Positions 63,490 through 64,000 of a DNA stretch of 64,000 bases are shown here, in pieces. Source of the DNA: Hormiphora californensis (lineage: Eukaryota; Animalia; Ctenophora); NCBI GenBank assembly GCA_020137815.1, contig CM035357.1, positions 1 through 64,000 on the forward strand. Direction: 5' to 3'. The notes below the pieces were generated by a model that saw nothing but the letters and a program-made list of their open reading frames with translations, did not search any database and was not told where the DNA came from. Both the position numbers and the translations under genes were made by a program. How positions within the stretch are numbered: the stretch's first letter is position 1; the number at the start of each line of letters is the position of its first letter.

Positions 63490-64000
63490 ATAAAGACTTG
63501 AAACCGGTCTTAGACGACGCGGAAAGATCGATTTATGGGGGGTCTTACTCGGGACAAAAATCTCTATCTCGCACCGTTAAGCCGTTATTTGCATATTTAT
63601 GCACCTATTCACGATTTTATGCATATTTTCAATATTTTCACTTCAGCTGGTCCTAGAACGTTTTCATGGACATATTTCGACGTAAAATAGTCGATTTATG
63701 GGGGGTCGTCCCCCGGACAAAAAGTCGTATCTCGCACCGTTTAGCCGTTATTTGCATATTTATGCACCGATTCATGATTTTATGCATATTCTAAATATTT
63801 CCAGTTCGGCTGGTCTTAGAACGTTTTCATGGACATATTTCGACGCAAAATAATCGATTTATGGGGGGTCTTACTCGGGACAAAAATCTCTATCTCGCAC
63901 CGTTAAGCCGTTAGTTGCATATTTATGCACCGATTCATGATTTAATGCATATTCTTAATATGTCCACTTCGGCTGGTCCTAGAACGTTTTCATGGACATA
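63490..64000. repeat. 163-bp tandem repeat running off the window
   Basis: atttatggggggtc at 63531, 63694, 63857. Confidence 0.88.

Overview
Eukaryotic (animal) DNA from the left end of a chromosome, most likely a ctenophore (inferred from an intronless ctenophore-type iGluR, a lineage-typical 'W..V....PW.LE.TPLQIKT' domain family and typical dispersed repeats). Bases 1-4648 are a layered telomere: (CCCTAA)n tracts alternate with a repeated subtelomeric unit and a LINE ORF1 remnant. Spliced genes reconstructed by hand: a telomere-adjacent [beta-domain + Sushi]x2 gene (-), a 10-exon class A GPCR (-), an 11-exon trypsin-CUB-LDLa protease with a hydrophobic tail (-), a calmodulin-like gene (-), an intronless iGluR (-), METTL17/Rsm22 (+), and a 22-exon, ~1044-aa ER protein with eight thioredoxin folds ending in RDEL (+). 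The last gene hosts an intact two-ORF LINE and a nested antisense gene. MITEs with TTAA, TA, 3-, 5-, 8- and 9-bp target duplications are present. Two unexplained patterns stand out. (1) At least 15 exon-intron or stop-codon junctions are tandemly amplified into arrays of decoy splice sites, up to 48 copies. (2) Several intronic minisatellites are built from canonical transcription-factor motifs (RFX X-box, CCAAT+E-box, CArG+E-box). All gene models and counts were read by eye and need RNA-seq or alignment confirmation.
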